A stretch of DNA of 64,000 nucleotides from an uncultured Methanosarcinales archaeon (GTDB lineage: Archaea; Halobacteriota; Methanosarcinia; Methanotrichales; Methanotrichaceae). This document shows, one piece after another, positions 1 through 10,282 of this stretch; within the stretch, counting starts at the first letter, position 1, and each line of letters opens with the position of its first letter. The stretch covers positions 128,001-192,000 of the forward strand of contig CAWJKV010000002.1 in NCBI GenBank assembly GCA_963843555.1, given 5' to 3'. The notes below the pieces were generated by a model. That model worked only from the letters and a program-made list of their open reading frames with translations, had not been told where the DNA came from and did no database searches. The position numbers and the translations under genes were made by a program.

Positions 1-111
1 GCTCATGAGCCTGGAGAGTTCTGCTTCTACGGCAGCCTGAACCTGAGGCCCCTGGCTGCGCCTCACAGGCAACCCATCCAGCACCAGACTCTCGATATGC
101 ACCTTTATCAT
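1..111 (-). CDS. Small eCIS-associated hypothetical protein (partial; runs off the left edge)
   Basis: ATG at 111 with a GGAGTG RBS. Translates as MIKVHIESLVLDGLPVRRSQGPQVQAAVEAELSRLMS..., a motif typical of small genes downstream of the eCIS ATPase. Not in the ORF track. Confidence 0.65.
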   Translation of the reverse strand, partial: MIKVHIESLVLDGLPVRRSQGPQVQAAVEAELSRLMS

Positions 112-123
112 GCAACACTCCTT

Positions 124-2230
124 TCAGGCCCGGAAATTGCCCTCGATGACAGGCTTTTCGGACTTGCGAAACTCCGTCCGGGCGGCATCCAGAACCAACT
201 GCATGGTCACGGGCGTCCCCGCCACAGCCGCCAGGAAAGCCGCGTTCAGGGCGATGTTATGTATGCTGCCTCCGGTGAGGGTCAGCCTGGCCAGCCGGTC
301 ATAGTCCAGCTCCTCAACCTTCGTCTCCGGCGGGAAGACCTTCATCCACATATTCTTGCGCTCCTCAGGGCCGGGATAGGGGAAGTCCACAATGAATCGC
401 AGCCGGCGTACAAAGGCCGGATCCAGAGCGCTCTTCATATTGGTTGCCAGAATGGCCAGGCCCTGGAAGGACTCCATGCGTTGCAGCAGATAGTTTATCT
501 CGATATTGGCGTAACGATCGTGGCTGTCCTTCACCTCGCTCCGCTTGCCGAAGAGGGAGTCGGCCTCGTCGAAGAAGAGGATAGCTCCTCCGTCCTCAGC
601 TGCGTCGAAGAGCTTGGAGAGGTTCTTCTCTGTCTCGCCAATGTACTTGCTCACGACCTGGGAGAGATCGACCCGATAGAGGTTCATCTGCAACTCGTTG
701 GCGACCACCTCTGCAGCCATGGTCTTGCCTGTGCCGCTCTCTCCAGAGAATAATACTCCGATGCCAAGACCTCTGTTCATCCTCTGGCGGAAGCCACCCT
801 CATCATAAACCTTTTTGCGGTTTCGAACCTGAGATGCGATCTGCCGCAGCAGACCGGTTTCATTCGCTGACAAAACCAAATCGTCCCACGTAGCCTTGGG
901 GTCCAGACGTTTTGCCAGAACATCCAGTTGAGGCCTGGTGCTGATGAGACAGGACTCCCAGAGCCGCTCGTGAAGGCTGCGTTTGTCATCTTTTTCTGCA
1001 AGCACATTGGTGATAATCTGCCTTATAATCGCCAGATCCAGGTTGAACTGTCCTGCCAGCAGGCCAGGGCTTTCCCCGGCATCTTCCCCTAGAGCCTCAG
1101 CCCAAGCCGCCTCCTGCTCTGCAGGCGTCGGTTTCAATATGTCGAAAGCGTTGGACCTGGCCAGCCCAGGCCAGATATCTCTTGTGTCCAGAAAGAAGAT
1201 GCCTTGACTGCGTGTCAAGAAACGGCTCAAAGATGCGGCACGCTCTTCGAGTCCTGCTTTATCTCCAACGGCATCGATGTACAGGCAGATGGGAAGAAGG
1301 AAGCGTTCTCTTTCCCAAAGTTTGGCCAGGTCATCCATCTCGACAGCATTTGCAGGCAGAAGATCGCCTGGCATACGGTAAAGATGCAGACCGAGACTGA
1401 GGGATGCATACGCGGCGATAAGCTGCTTGCTGTACTTGTCAGGCCCAAGCAACTGTATGACGGGCAAAGATTGCGATCCTGAGAACTGTTTCATGTAGTT
1501 GACGATCTTGTCTGCCACTGCTTGCTGGGAAGTCGTAAGTTGTGTCTCGCCCACGGCTATATCCAGCGGGCTTGTCAGTGGAGCCAAAAGAACATCGAGA
1601 TAATTCAGTCCCTTAGTGTAGTCCACTATCCTCTGGTCTAAATGCAATGGGCAGGAGATCAGCGGCTGACCATCCGACTGATCAATTTCCAGCATCTTCC
1701 AGTAACGAAGTTGTCTCCCAGGAGAGATGACGTCCCAGGCTGGATCATCAAAGAGGGCGAAAGCTAGGGCAAATGTTGGATAAGTGCGATTCGGATCGCC
1801 CTGCGCCTGGGCGCAAAGGATTGGAATCCGCGTGTCGAGTTCAGGGGCTGCACATAGAAGCAGCAATTCCCTCTCAAAACGAGACAATTCGAAACGCTGG
1901 CCCAGGATGAGCAGAGCAGGAGGCGGATCCAAGCTTCTCTGCTTCTTCCATGGCAGCCGCAGCCTCGGCTAATCTTTCATCATTCGCCTCAGGCGTTGGC
2001 AGTGCCAGGGGAGGCTCAGTGGAGAGCCTGGAAGAAGGCTTTCCCAAGAACCGTCTCATCCAGGATCTATCTCCCGGCGTTATCTGCTCAGGCGAAGAAA
2101 AAGAAGAGAAAGGCAGGACAGTCTGGGCCGCATCAGTTTGGCCAAGGCTCTCCAGTCTCAGTCGCAGCCAGGCTAGGGCTGTTGTGAGGTATTTATCGTT
2201 GCCTTTCTGCCATTCCGACAGGTCACTCAT
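124..2230 (-). CDS. eCIS AAA+ ATPase (Afp15/Pvc15-like); one frameshift near 1930
   Basis: Walker A GESGTGKT, Walker B ILFFDEAD, SKYIGETEKNL and DRYANIEINYLLQRME motifs. ORFs 1874..2230 and 124..1932 join as ...AMEEAEKL/DPPPALL... Confidence 0.9.
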
Positions 2231-3504
2231 GTGATAGTCACCTTCTGGCCGGGATCGAACTCCAGCCTGGGTGGCGTGCCAGCCAGAATGACAGGCAGGC
2301 TGTCGCTCCCATCTACTCGCAAACGCACCAGATAGGAACCTTTCTTGACGCTAAAGATAGCAAAATCGAGTGTGGTTGGCAGAGATGCATCTGTCGGTGT
2401 ATCGACGTTTTGTACCTGCACCTGAGATTCACCGAATAGAAGAACGATGCGCTGCCCTTCCCTTACTCTGGGAGTACAGGTAACCGTCAGGGCGAGATCG
2501 CCTTCAGGAGCGTCTTTAGGCTCAATGGTCACCTTTGGCGCCAGGGCAAAGGGAACTTCATTGGAGGTCCAGGCAGGCATATCCGGCCTCCTGATGACCA
2601 GTGAAACGGTATAGAAGCCTGGCACCCATTTGGCAAGGGCCCCAGGATCGTCGGGCTGGTCACTGAGATGAACCTTTATCTGATTCGCATTTCCGCCCTG
2701 CATAGGCTCGATTTCAATGTAATCATTCAGACGCAGGCTGCTGAAGCGCACCATGAGCCCCTGGCTATCCAGGTGCTTGCCGTTCAGGATCAGGTCCTCA
2801 CCCAGCCGCGCTCCGGGCTGGGAGTTGGGCGGAAGCACCTCTTCCAGCAAAGGCGATGCCGATGCCATGACATCCGGTCCTCGATCCTCCTTGCCGCGTT
2901 TCAGCACTGGAAGACTAGCTCTCACCGGTCTCGTGCTCTCAATAAGGAGTACTGCAGCCTGATATGCCGCCGAGATGCGATACTGGGTCTGGAAGATCAT
3001 CCAAAGCTTGGACATCTCGTCCAGAGACATGGGCATGGGCGTTAACCGGACGCGCTCCGGCTGCAAGTCCAGACCGCTTTCTGAGAAAAGATCCTCGATC
3101 TCTGTCGGGCTGAGCAGGTCTGAGGCTACGAGAACGGAATAGTCGTGCAGTATTCGCATGGCTCTGCCCAGAAGTCGGTGGCTGAGTGTGTCTTCGTTAT
3201 TCTTTCCATAAGCTGTTAGCAGATAATAGAGATTCAGGGCCAGAGGGGGAAGGCTGGACTCTCCGGATCGCACCGATCGAGGCATATCCATATTACGAAG
3301 AGCGGCATTGGCTGCCGTCTGGTAGAGGAAGAGGTTAATCTGGTTGTTGGTCTTGGTGTTCCTTGCTCTATCGGGCGGCTGCGTGGTGACCTCCAGGTCG
3401 GTCAGTTCCGGATCTGGATTTCCGTTGTCCAGCAATTTGGTTCCATCCTCGAGCAGCTTTTGCAAAGCGGTGGTGACGGCTTCGATGGCCAATGAATTGC
3501 TCAT
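2227..3504 (-). CDS. DUF4255/Pvc16-like tail terminator (cap) protein with C-terminal Ig-like (IPT/TIG-type) domains
   Basis: MSNSLAIEAVT start, INLFLYQ...NAALRN, PPLALNLYYLLTAYG, LLGRAMRILHD, SAAYQAAVLLIES; phage-tail operon context. Confidence 0.85.
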   Translation of the reverse strand: MSNSLAIEAVTTALQKLLEDGTKLLDNGNPDPELTDLEVTTQPPDRARNTKTNNQINLFLYQTAANAALRNMDMPRSVRSGESSLPPLALNLYYLLTAYGKNNEDTLSHRLLGRAMRILHDYSVLVASDLLSPTEIEDLFSESGLDLQPERVRLTPMPMSLDEMSKLWMIFQTQYRISAAYQAAVLLIESTRPVRASLPVLKRGKEDRGPDVMASASPLLEEVLPPNSQPGARLGEDLILNGKHLDSQGLMVRFSSLRLNDYIEIEPMQGGNANQIKVHLSDQPDDPGALAKWVPGFYTVSLVIRRPDMPAWTSNEVPFALAPKVTIEPKDAPEGDLALTVTCTPRVREGQRIVLLFGESQVQVQNVDTPTDASLPTTLDFAIFSVKKGSYLVRLRVDGSDSLPVILAGTPPRLEFDPGQKVTIT

Positions 3505-4634
3505 AAGCTTCCTCTCTTGATTTTTAGATAATCTCCCAGGCTCATAACCGAAGGCTCAGCATGTTTTCTTTGCGGTATGGCCGTCGTTGGAGTTGCCCTT
3601 ATTTCGATGCGTCCGATGGTCACCTGGACGGGAGCTGCGAGCTCCGGTTTTGCCGCCATATCCAGTATTTTATTTAGTTCCTGTTTAAAATAACTCTTTA
3701 CATAAGGTTGTGCAGCCACCATTCCTGGCGAGACTGGTTGTGTCAATGGCTTTATGCGGGCAATTGGCACGACAGTTTCATGCCTTATGCCGCCTGTTGC
3801 GCCTCTCTTTTTCTCAATATCTTCAATCGACGCCATAGGCACAATCTCTTCTTCCCGCTGCATAATCCTGGATACCGGTAGACTCACCACCTTGAGACTT
3901 AGATTTTGGTTCTGTTCCGGGACTGAAATTGGAACTATTTTTTCTGGCCGCGGGCCCTCCGACGTTCTTCTTGTCGACTTCCTCTCATAGCTCAGCTTCC
4001 TGGAAGTCTGTTCTTCTTCAAAGTGAGCTGAAGGCGAAGGTTCTTCCGGCGAGGACCGATATTCCGGGCCAATATTTCCTGTCACTTTCTGCACCGTTTC
4101 CAGAGATGGAGCCGTCTCTGGAGAGCTTACCAACCCGGAAAACCCCAAAATCGATGATCGATCGGATGACGTTCCTTTTAACGGTAACGAAGACTGGCGA
4201 GAGGTCTCAAAATTGGCCTGCCAATCGCCCTCACGTTGACCCGATGATGAAAACCGCTCTTTTGGTTCAGATATTGGCTGTATGGTTCTGTCCTGCTTTC
4301 TCTGCGGTCTTGCAGCTCCAGTACTCTCAACATCAACCAGAGCCTCAGGACCGGGTGAGTCCGGGTTCCCAGCAGCAGGTGATCTTGATACTATATTCCT
4401 GGCAGCAACTTTTGTATAACTATCCGGGGCGTAATGATTTGAAGCTTCGCAATCTTGCGCAAATTGATCTAGCGAATTTATAGGCTCAACATCCCTGCTC
4501 ACGGAATTACGGAGACTGCTTTCAGCTGGCAGGAAACGTTGTGGTGTAGGCTCAAAACGCGAAGCCAAACGAGGCTGGATCACCTCCATCAGGTGCAAAT
4601 TCTTTGCCGCAATGCTCTTGATATAATGGTTCAT
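3501..4634 (-). CDS. eCIS-associated hypothetical protein, mostly low-complexity
   Basis: 377-aa ORF overlapping both neighbours by 4 nt. N-terminal IQPRLASRFEP and C-terminal VQVTIGRIEIRA...SLGDYL flank an S/P/E-rich middle. Confidence 0.7.
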   Translation of the reverse strand: MNHYIKSIAAKNLHLMEVIQPRLASRFEPTPQRFLPAESSLRNSVSRDVEPINSLDQFAQDCEASNHYAPDSYTKVAARNIVSRSPAAGNPDSPGPEALVDVESTGAARPQRKQDRTIQPISEPKERFSSSGQREGDWQANFETSRQSSLPLKGTSSDRSSILGFSGLVSSPETAPSLETVQKVTGNIGPEYRSSPEEPSPSAHFEEEQTSRKLSYERKSTRRTSEGPRPEKIVPISVPEQNQNLSLKVVSLPVSRIMQREEEIVPMASIEDIEKKRGATGGIRHETVVPIARIKPLTQPVSPGMVAAQPYVKSYFKQELNKILDMAAKPELAAPVQVTIGRIEIRATPTTAIPQRKHAEPSVMSLGDYLKIKRGSL

Positions 4635-5371
4635 TGATTTACCAGCTCCAGATAAACTTGTCTCCTGCAGTCGCTCATGGCCAGGATCTCTGCCTCGCTC
4701 CAGCCGTAGGCCAGGGCAAGCTTATGAACATCATGAAAGGTGCGAAGAGCCCAGACGTCAATCTCTTTCCAAAGGAAGGACAGTATATCAAAGGTGGACT
4801 GCCACTTGTGCTCGCACTCCGGACAGGAGAGGCTTAGCTGGACATTGGCCTGTGGATCGGACTCGTTCATCCGTTTCAGAGTGGCCTCAAGAACCATCTC
4901 GGGCAGCGCGTCTACGGATATCTCTTCGCCCTCATGGCTGGCCCCCAGGAGACAGCGTCTTATAAGAGCCTGAGATGCTGCATCCAGGTCTTTTAAATCA
5001 GAAATAGCCATCAAATCCTGAGAGTTGGGCAGGCGAAAGCTTACCGCATAATCTCCCCTGTCAAGAGAGAGATTCTGGCCGGACTCTATCCCGGGCACCG
5101 ACCTGATGTCCTCCGAGCTGAAGCTCATCTCCAAGCGTTGGCCGCATCTGGGACACGTCGCCAGCCCTGAAAATCTTGGGCCAAACGCCTGTTCTCGCAG
5201 GGACAGCAACAGGGCGTCCCGCCGTCCTATTGAGAGCATGGCCAGATCTTCCGGGGTCTCTCTTGTGCAGAATGCGCCTAGCAGCATAAGACCGCGCTGC
5301 AATGGCGTCTCACCCTGTCCCTGCTCCCATACTCTCAAAAGCTCAGAAGAGGAGAGCGATCGTGTATCCAA
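4631..5371 (-). CDS. Phage baseplate/hub assembly-like protein with two CxxC motifs
   Basis: LSIGRRDALLL, CPRC, FRLPNSQDL, CPEC, VHKLALAYGWSEAEILAM; lies directly after the tube gene. Confidence 0.7.
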   Translation of the reverse strand: MDTRSLSSSELLRVWEQGQGETPLQRGLMLLGAFCTRETPEDLAMLSIGRRDALLLSLREQAFGPRFSGLATCPRCGQRLEMSFSSEDIRSVPGIESGQNLSLDRGDYAVSFRLPNSQDLMAISDLKDLDAASQALIRRCLLGASHEGEEISVDALPEMVLEATLKRMNESDPQANVQLSLSCPECEHKWQSTFDILSFLWKEIDVWALRTFHDVHKLALAYGWSEAEILAMSDCRRQVYLELVNQ

Positions 5372-5381
5372 CTATCTGACC

Positions 5382-5897
5382 TCAAGCCAGCGTCGGCTCC
5401 GTCGGCTCAGGAACCTCTACATCCCTTTCCCAGCCCTCATTCTCGAGCTTAATGTGCTGAATGGCCACGGCATTGGCGTTGGCGTCAAGGTCGGGCATGG
5501 CCTGAAACTCGGAGACCCAGGCGCGGTAGACCTTGTAAGCAAGGGCCAGTTGCCCTGCTTCATTGTAAACCTCTATGATTATGTCTTTGCGGAAATCCTT
5601 CAATGAGACTTCGCTGCCAAGACCGGCTTGGAAATTCCATACCTTTTTTGCCCAGTTTTCAAACTCTGGATCATGGGTCACACCACGCTCCAGAGTAATG
5701 GCCTCGTACTCCGTCCGCCCGGGGGATTTGCGGCTGCTGCTCGGATCGCCACCCTCCCGGTGCTTCACTACTTCGGTAGTTCGTTTGAGGGAACCTACCT
5801 TGCTGATGCCGGCTACGTAACGTCCATCCCATTTAACCTTAAACTTGAAGTTCTTGTAGGGATCGAAACGTTCTGTATTAACGCTGAACTGTGCCAT
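5382..5897 (-). CDS. Contractile tail tube protein (T4 gp19-like; Afp1/5 type)
   Basis: DPYKNFKFKVKWDGRYVAG, KSPGRTEYEAITLERGVT, FRKDIIIEVYNEAG, LDANANAVAIQHIKLENEGW. Confidence 0.93.
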   Translation of the reverse strand: MAQFSVNTERFDPYKNFKFKVKWDGRYVAGISKVGSLKRTTEVVKHREGGDPSSSRKSPGRTEYEAITLERGVTHDPEFENWAKKVWNFQAGLGSEVSLKDFRKDIIIEVYNEAGQLALAYKVYRAWVSEFQAMPDLDANANAVAIQHIKLENEGWERDVEVPEPTEPTLA

Positions 5898-5911
5898 TTT
5901 TCATTACCTCC

Positions 5912-7435
5912 TCATGTCTGGATCTGACCTGCCATCTGTTGAATCTTTATCACTACGAACTCCGCGGGCTTGAGCGGAGCAAAGCCTACTATTATGTTTA
6001 CGATGCCCAGGTTGATATCATTCTGGGTCGTCGTCTCCTTGTCACATTTAACGAAGTAGGCTTCCTGAGGCGTCTGGCCCTGGAAGAAACCCTGGCGGAA
6101 GAGATTGTGCATGAAAGCGCCGATGTTAAGCCTGATCTGAGCCCAGAGAGGCTCGTCGTTGGGCTCAAACACCACCCACTTTGTTCCGCGGTAGAGGCTC
6201 TCCTCGATAAACAGGGCTGTGCGGCGGACAGGGATGTACTTCCACTCTGAGCCCACCTCGTCATTGCCTCTGAGAGTTCGGGCTCCCCAGACAACGGTTC
6301 CGTACACTGGGAAGTTCCTTATGCAGTTGATAGCCTTCGGATTCAGCACGCCGTTCTCGTCGTCCGTGAGTGTTTCTTTGACACCCAAGACGCCGGTAAG
6401 GCTGGCATCGATTCCTGCTGGAGCCTTGAAGACGCCTCTGCTGGCATCGGTGCGGGAGTAGATTCCTGCGATAAAGCCGCATGGGGGCGCGTTTCTCGGA
6501 CGGTTCTCCTGCAATGGATCGGGCATCAAGAGCCAGGGGAAATAGAAGGCTGCATTGATGGCGTTGTCTCCAGTAAGGTTGGTGTCGGGACCATCCTGCA
6601 GGTCACCGAGTGTTGCATTCTCGGCACAATCTGCAATGAGGAAGGCGCGATGGTCCCGGCAGTACTTTTCTAGAGTGGAAAGCGTAGCCGGTGTGGTCTC
6701 TCCTGGAACGCAGAGGAGGTTGAAAAGGTCGACGCGATCAAGGAGGTGCACTCCTCCCGTTGCGCCAACAAGCTTGGTTTCAAAAGTGGCGCTATCCGGA
6801 TCCAGGACGGGTCCGTCTGCACCGCTCACCAGGCGGGGGATAGGTGAGACTGTGTCTACCGGCGGCACATTCGGGTCTGGAGTCCCAATGAGGGCAGCAT
6901 TGATGATGTTTGAATCCTCATTGATCACCTTCACCACAAACCTGCGATCGTTAGGATTCATGGAGATGTTCTCAAAGGACTCCACTATAATGCCGAGATC
7001 ATCGGTGTCGGCGATATTGTTGAAGTAGAACACCTGCAGCCTGAACTTTGTGGCGTCGTCCGATCTGATCAGAGTCTTGAATCCATAATGGTTTCCCCAT
7101 TCTCCCGGACTCATGGCAGTCAGGGTGAGCTTCCCGTCTATGGCCTGATGGGCAGCCACTGCCGCATCATCCACCAGCCTGATGACATAGGCATCTCTTC
7201 CTCCATTTGCGAAGAAGCTGTAGACAGCGTATCCCAGGGGGCTCCTGATGTCAAGTCCTCCAAACTGGCGTTCATAATCCGGCCAGTTCAAGATGCGCTG
7301 GGCCTTATCTGTCGGCCCCTTCTTTGCCCAGCCAACGAACGCTGCGATCGACGTAGACACGCCAGTGATCGTGCGCACACCGCTGGGGATCTCTTCTATA
7401 TAGACTCCCGGATATGTGTACTGTTGGGGCATCAA
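5912..7435 (-). CDS. Contractile tail sheath protein (Afp2/3/4 type)
   Basis: YPGVYIEEIPSG, AAFVGWAKKGP, FFANGG, RGVFKAPAG, VWGARTL, WVVFEPND, GFAPLKPAEFVVIKIQQ. Confidence 0.95.
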   Translation of the reverse strand: MMPQQYTYPGVYIEEIPSGVRTITGVSTSIAAFVGWAKKGPTDKAQRILNWPDYERQFGGLDIRSPLGYAVYSFFANGGRDAYVIRLVDDAAVAAHQAIDGKLTLTAMSPGEWGNHYGFKTLIRSDDATKFRLQVFYFNNIADTDDLGIIVESFENISMNPNDRRFVVKVINEDSNIINAALIGTPDPNVPPVDTVSPIPRLVSGADGPVLDPDSATFETKLVGATGGVHLLDRVDLFNLLCVPGETTPATLSTLEKYCRDHRAFLIADCAENATLGDLQDGPDTNLTGDNAINAAFYFPWLLMPDPLQENRPRNAPPCGFIAGIYSRTDASRGVFKAPAGIDASLTGVLGVKETLTDDENGVLNPKAINCIRNFPVYGTVVWGARTLRGNDEVGSEWKYIPVRRTALFIEESLYRGTKWVVFEPNDEPLWAQIRLNIGAFMHNLFRQGFFQGQTPQEAYFVKCDKETTTQNDINLGIVNIIVGFAPLKPAEFVVIKIQQMAGQIQT

Positions 7436-7786
7436 TTATCCTCTCCTATCTTTACAACATTTTTTTATTGCTGTGACAAGTATCTCGCCATCGGAGAGCT
7501 TCCCATTGGACTTCATCCTGTCAATCTCGATGAGCAAGCTCTCGATAGTCTCGTTGTTCATCTTATTTTTCTCTGCAAACCGCATGGCGATGCCCTTTAG
7601 TTCGATCCTTGAAGAATATCGCTTGGGCATTTTTCCGTCAATGAAGTTGAATATGTGTCCGCATTTTTGGTGTCCTATGGTCGGAGTCGATGGGTTTGCA
7701 GATGTTTCTATATAATCTTTAAACGTAGAGCCATCGATAATTTCACCACATTCGCATATAAGCATTGAACCACTCCCGGATATCAT
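7436..7786 (-). CDS. Small hypothetical protein with a CxC...HxxC putative Zn site; first gene of the eCIS operon
   Basis: LICECG...GHQKCGH; the stop codon abuts the sheath start. The start may be the second Met (MLICEC). Confidence 0.6.
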   Translation of the reverse strand: MISGSGSMLICECGEIIDGSTFKDYIETSANPSTPTIGHQKCGHIFNFIDGKMPKRYSSRIELKGIAMRFAEKNKMNNETIESLLIEIDRMKSNGKLSDGEILVTAIKKCCKDRRG

Positions 7787-8322
7787 AAAAAGAAGCCTCT
7801 AGCTTGATGAAGTTTCATAGCCCAGGCGCTCGCTCCATCAGTGCAATGAGTTCCTTGCCTTATGTCAATATGATATATCAGTATTTATCTATTGTGTTAG
7901 AGGATAATTTTCTTCTTTCAATTTATAATTTAAAGATGGAAATTCTGAATTAATTCTCATATTTCTCCCTTCAAAATGGATGAATTCTTTCCATTAAATG
8001 CAGATGGTTATCCAATTTCATGATCAAACACCCATTTAGGGGAGTTAGCTAATTTGGACGCATAATATCAGCTTGCTTTGCCAATGGGGGATTGCTCAAA
8101 TGCTATCCCATTCAATTCCTGATATTAAGCTTCCAAAAAGGCTAAATCCTCAAATGCTTGAGATTATTTTACTGGTTGAGACAATAAGAATCGCGACAAT
8201 TTATGATTGGCAGATTTTGATCAGACTAGAATCGATCGGTTGAATGGATGAATTTGAAATAGATGAGTGCTCAGCTCTTTTGGATCGAACGAATTAAGTG
8301 GAAAGAAGTTCATTCCTGGCTT

Positions 8323-9081
8323 GTGAAGATAGTGTATTGCAGAACATTCGAGGAACGGTACCAAACAAATCCTGTAGAGTCCCCGGACAGAATTGCTCTT
8401 CCTCGGAAGATGTTGGATGAGTACGAATTCGTCGAACCGTTACCAGCCAGTCTGCAGGATATCGCCAGAGTGCATGGCAATGAGCACATCGAGCAGGTGA
8501 AGAATCGTGGCCTCTACAATGCCGCAGCCCTCGCTGCTGGCGGAGCCATCACCGCCGCCGAGCTGGCACTGCAGGGCGAGCCCGCCTTCGCCCTCGTGCG
8601 CCCGCCCGGGCATCATGCCTCTGCCAATCGGGCCTGGGGGATGTGTTTCTTTAACAATATGGCTATAGCCGTGCAAAAAATCAGGCCAAAAGCGCGGCGT
8701 GTCCTGATCATCGATATCGACCTTCACTACGGCGACGGCACAGCGAGCATCTTTCGGGGAGATCATGATGTCAGAATTGAGAATCCCGGTTCAGTAGATA
8801 TAAACTTCGACTATCTGAGCATGGATGCAAGCGGCTATCTGAAGCAGATCGAGGTTGCCCTGGTGGGCGATGACTATGACATCATAGGGGTCTCGGCCGG
8901 TTTTGATACTTACGTCAAGGATTGGGGCGGTCTTCTGGAGACGAAGGACTATGAGATAATCGGCAATATGATCAAAGAAGGCTCACAAAAATGCCGGGGA
9001 AGGCGTTTTGCGATCCTGGAAGGCGGTTACCATGCTGACCTGGCACTAAATATAAAAAGCTTTATCAAAGGATTCGCCTGA
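8323..9081 (+). CDS. Histone deacetylase/AcuC family amidohydrolase
   Basis: ESPDRI, RPPGHHA, GMCFFNNMA, IDIDLHYGDGT, SAGFD, LEGGY. GTG at 8323 chosen as the likely start (the ORF track begins at 8263). Confidence 0.9.
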   Translation: MKIVYCRTFEERYQTNPVESPDRIALPRKMLDEYEFVEPLPASLQDIARVHGNEHIEQVKNRGLYNAAALAAGGAITAAELALQGEPAFALVRPPGHHASANRAWGMCFFNNMAIAVQKIRPKARRVLIIDIDLHYGDGTASIFRGDHDVRIENPGSVDINFDYLSMDASGYLKQIEVALVGDDYDIIGVSAGFDTYVKDWGGLLETKDYEIIGNMIKEGSQKCRGRRFAILEGGYHADLALNIKSFIKGFA

Positions 9082-9124
9082 GAACTTATCTCTCACTTTT
9101 GGCCAGAGGAATTGATCACCTTCA

Positions 9125-10050
9125 AAAAAATGGCGATTTTAATACTAGAATTATTTTTAAAATAATTATTTAAAATTTCTATTAAAAATTATTAATCTAA
9201 TAATATTTAATATAATTATTACAACTAATATGTACTAAAAAAATTTTAAAAATAATTATGTAAAATATTTCATTTATAAGTATAATTTAAAATTTTCATA
9301 GTTAATTAATTAATAAAATAAATTTTTAAATTTGCTCACATATTTTTAAATTTGGCTGATCTGCATGAGACTTCTCAGGTAGATGCAAGAAATGCAGGAA
9401 ATCTCGCCTTGATTCTATATACTATAAGCATGGATTTCTTCTTCGTCCCAGAAAACCAGGATTTTGTCAACAGGCTTATTCCATATACTATACGAATATG
9501 CCCCTCTCCCCGCCTATCCCCATCCTTTGCGACATGAAAACTGAGTTCATCGAAGGAAGCACGTCTGAGGCTCAATTCATTCATATAAACTATCAGAATT
9601 GAATGCAGATCTATTAAAAATCATAATAATTTTATAAATAGTAATTCGCTCGACAAGATATGGGATTTCCATACCAAATTATAATTTATAAAAATATCTA
9701 TCTTTAATTGCAACTTTTCAAGAAGAATATATTTATAAAATTTATTTATATAATTTAGCATATTTTTTTACTTTCAAAGTGCATTTAATAATCATATTAA
9801 TTTATGATTTCATTGAATTGATTATGTTTAGATAGAATCATAATAAAATTTCATTAAATATTATAAAAATATTTTAATTACTTGAATCTTTTATACTTAA
9901 TCATAAATATATAAATAATTTATAAAAATTTATTTTATTGTTGCATAATATACATCCTTTCCGGCAAGAAGTTAGAGTTAATGGGGCTTGAAGCCAAGAT
10001 AAATATTTAATTTAATAACTAATAATATTTTGATTTAATATTTTGCATAG
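9125..10050. other. Extremely AT-rich intergenic tract
   Basis: Two near-pure A/T blocks (~9130-9350 and ~9610-10050) flank a ~250-bp normal-GC segment. Confidence 0.85.
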
Positions 10051-10282
10051 ATAACAACAATGAGCGGCCGAGACACACATGAAATTGCGCCATCCTGATG
10101 CCAAAATTCGGCTTTATTGCGGCACAAGTGATGAGACTCCTGACTCATATACGGTAGGGGGGGAGGCAATAATGCTACTCTTGGCCCAATCGTGAGTTAA
10201 GACCTAAGAATCGCTCCCCTCCAGGGAATCTTTATATCGATCTGCCGCCGCTTAAGAGATCCAATTAACGATTCGAGCCTCC

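Noticed and set aside
97..753. Long antisense ORFs (e.g. 97..753, 54825..55475, 57068..58009, 42741..43352)
   Set aside because: They are shadows of well-supported genes on the opposite strand.
1..7435. Prophage or T6SS
   Set aside because: No head, packaging or integration genes and no T6SS membrane complex in view; DUF4255 plus the ATPase fits eCIS.
9125..10050. Replication origin call
   Set aside because: No recognisable ORB repeats and no adjacent cdc6/orc1.
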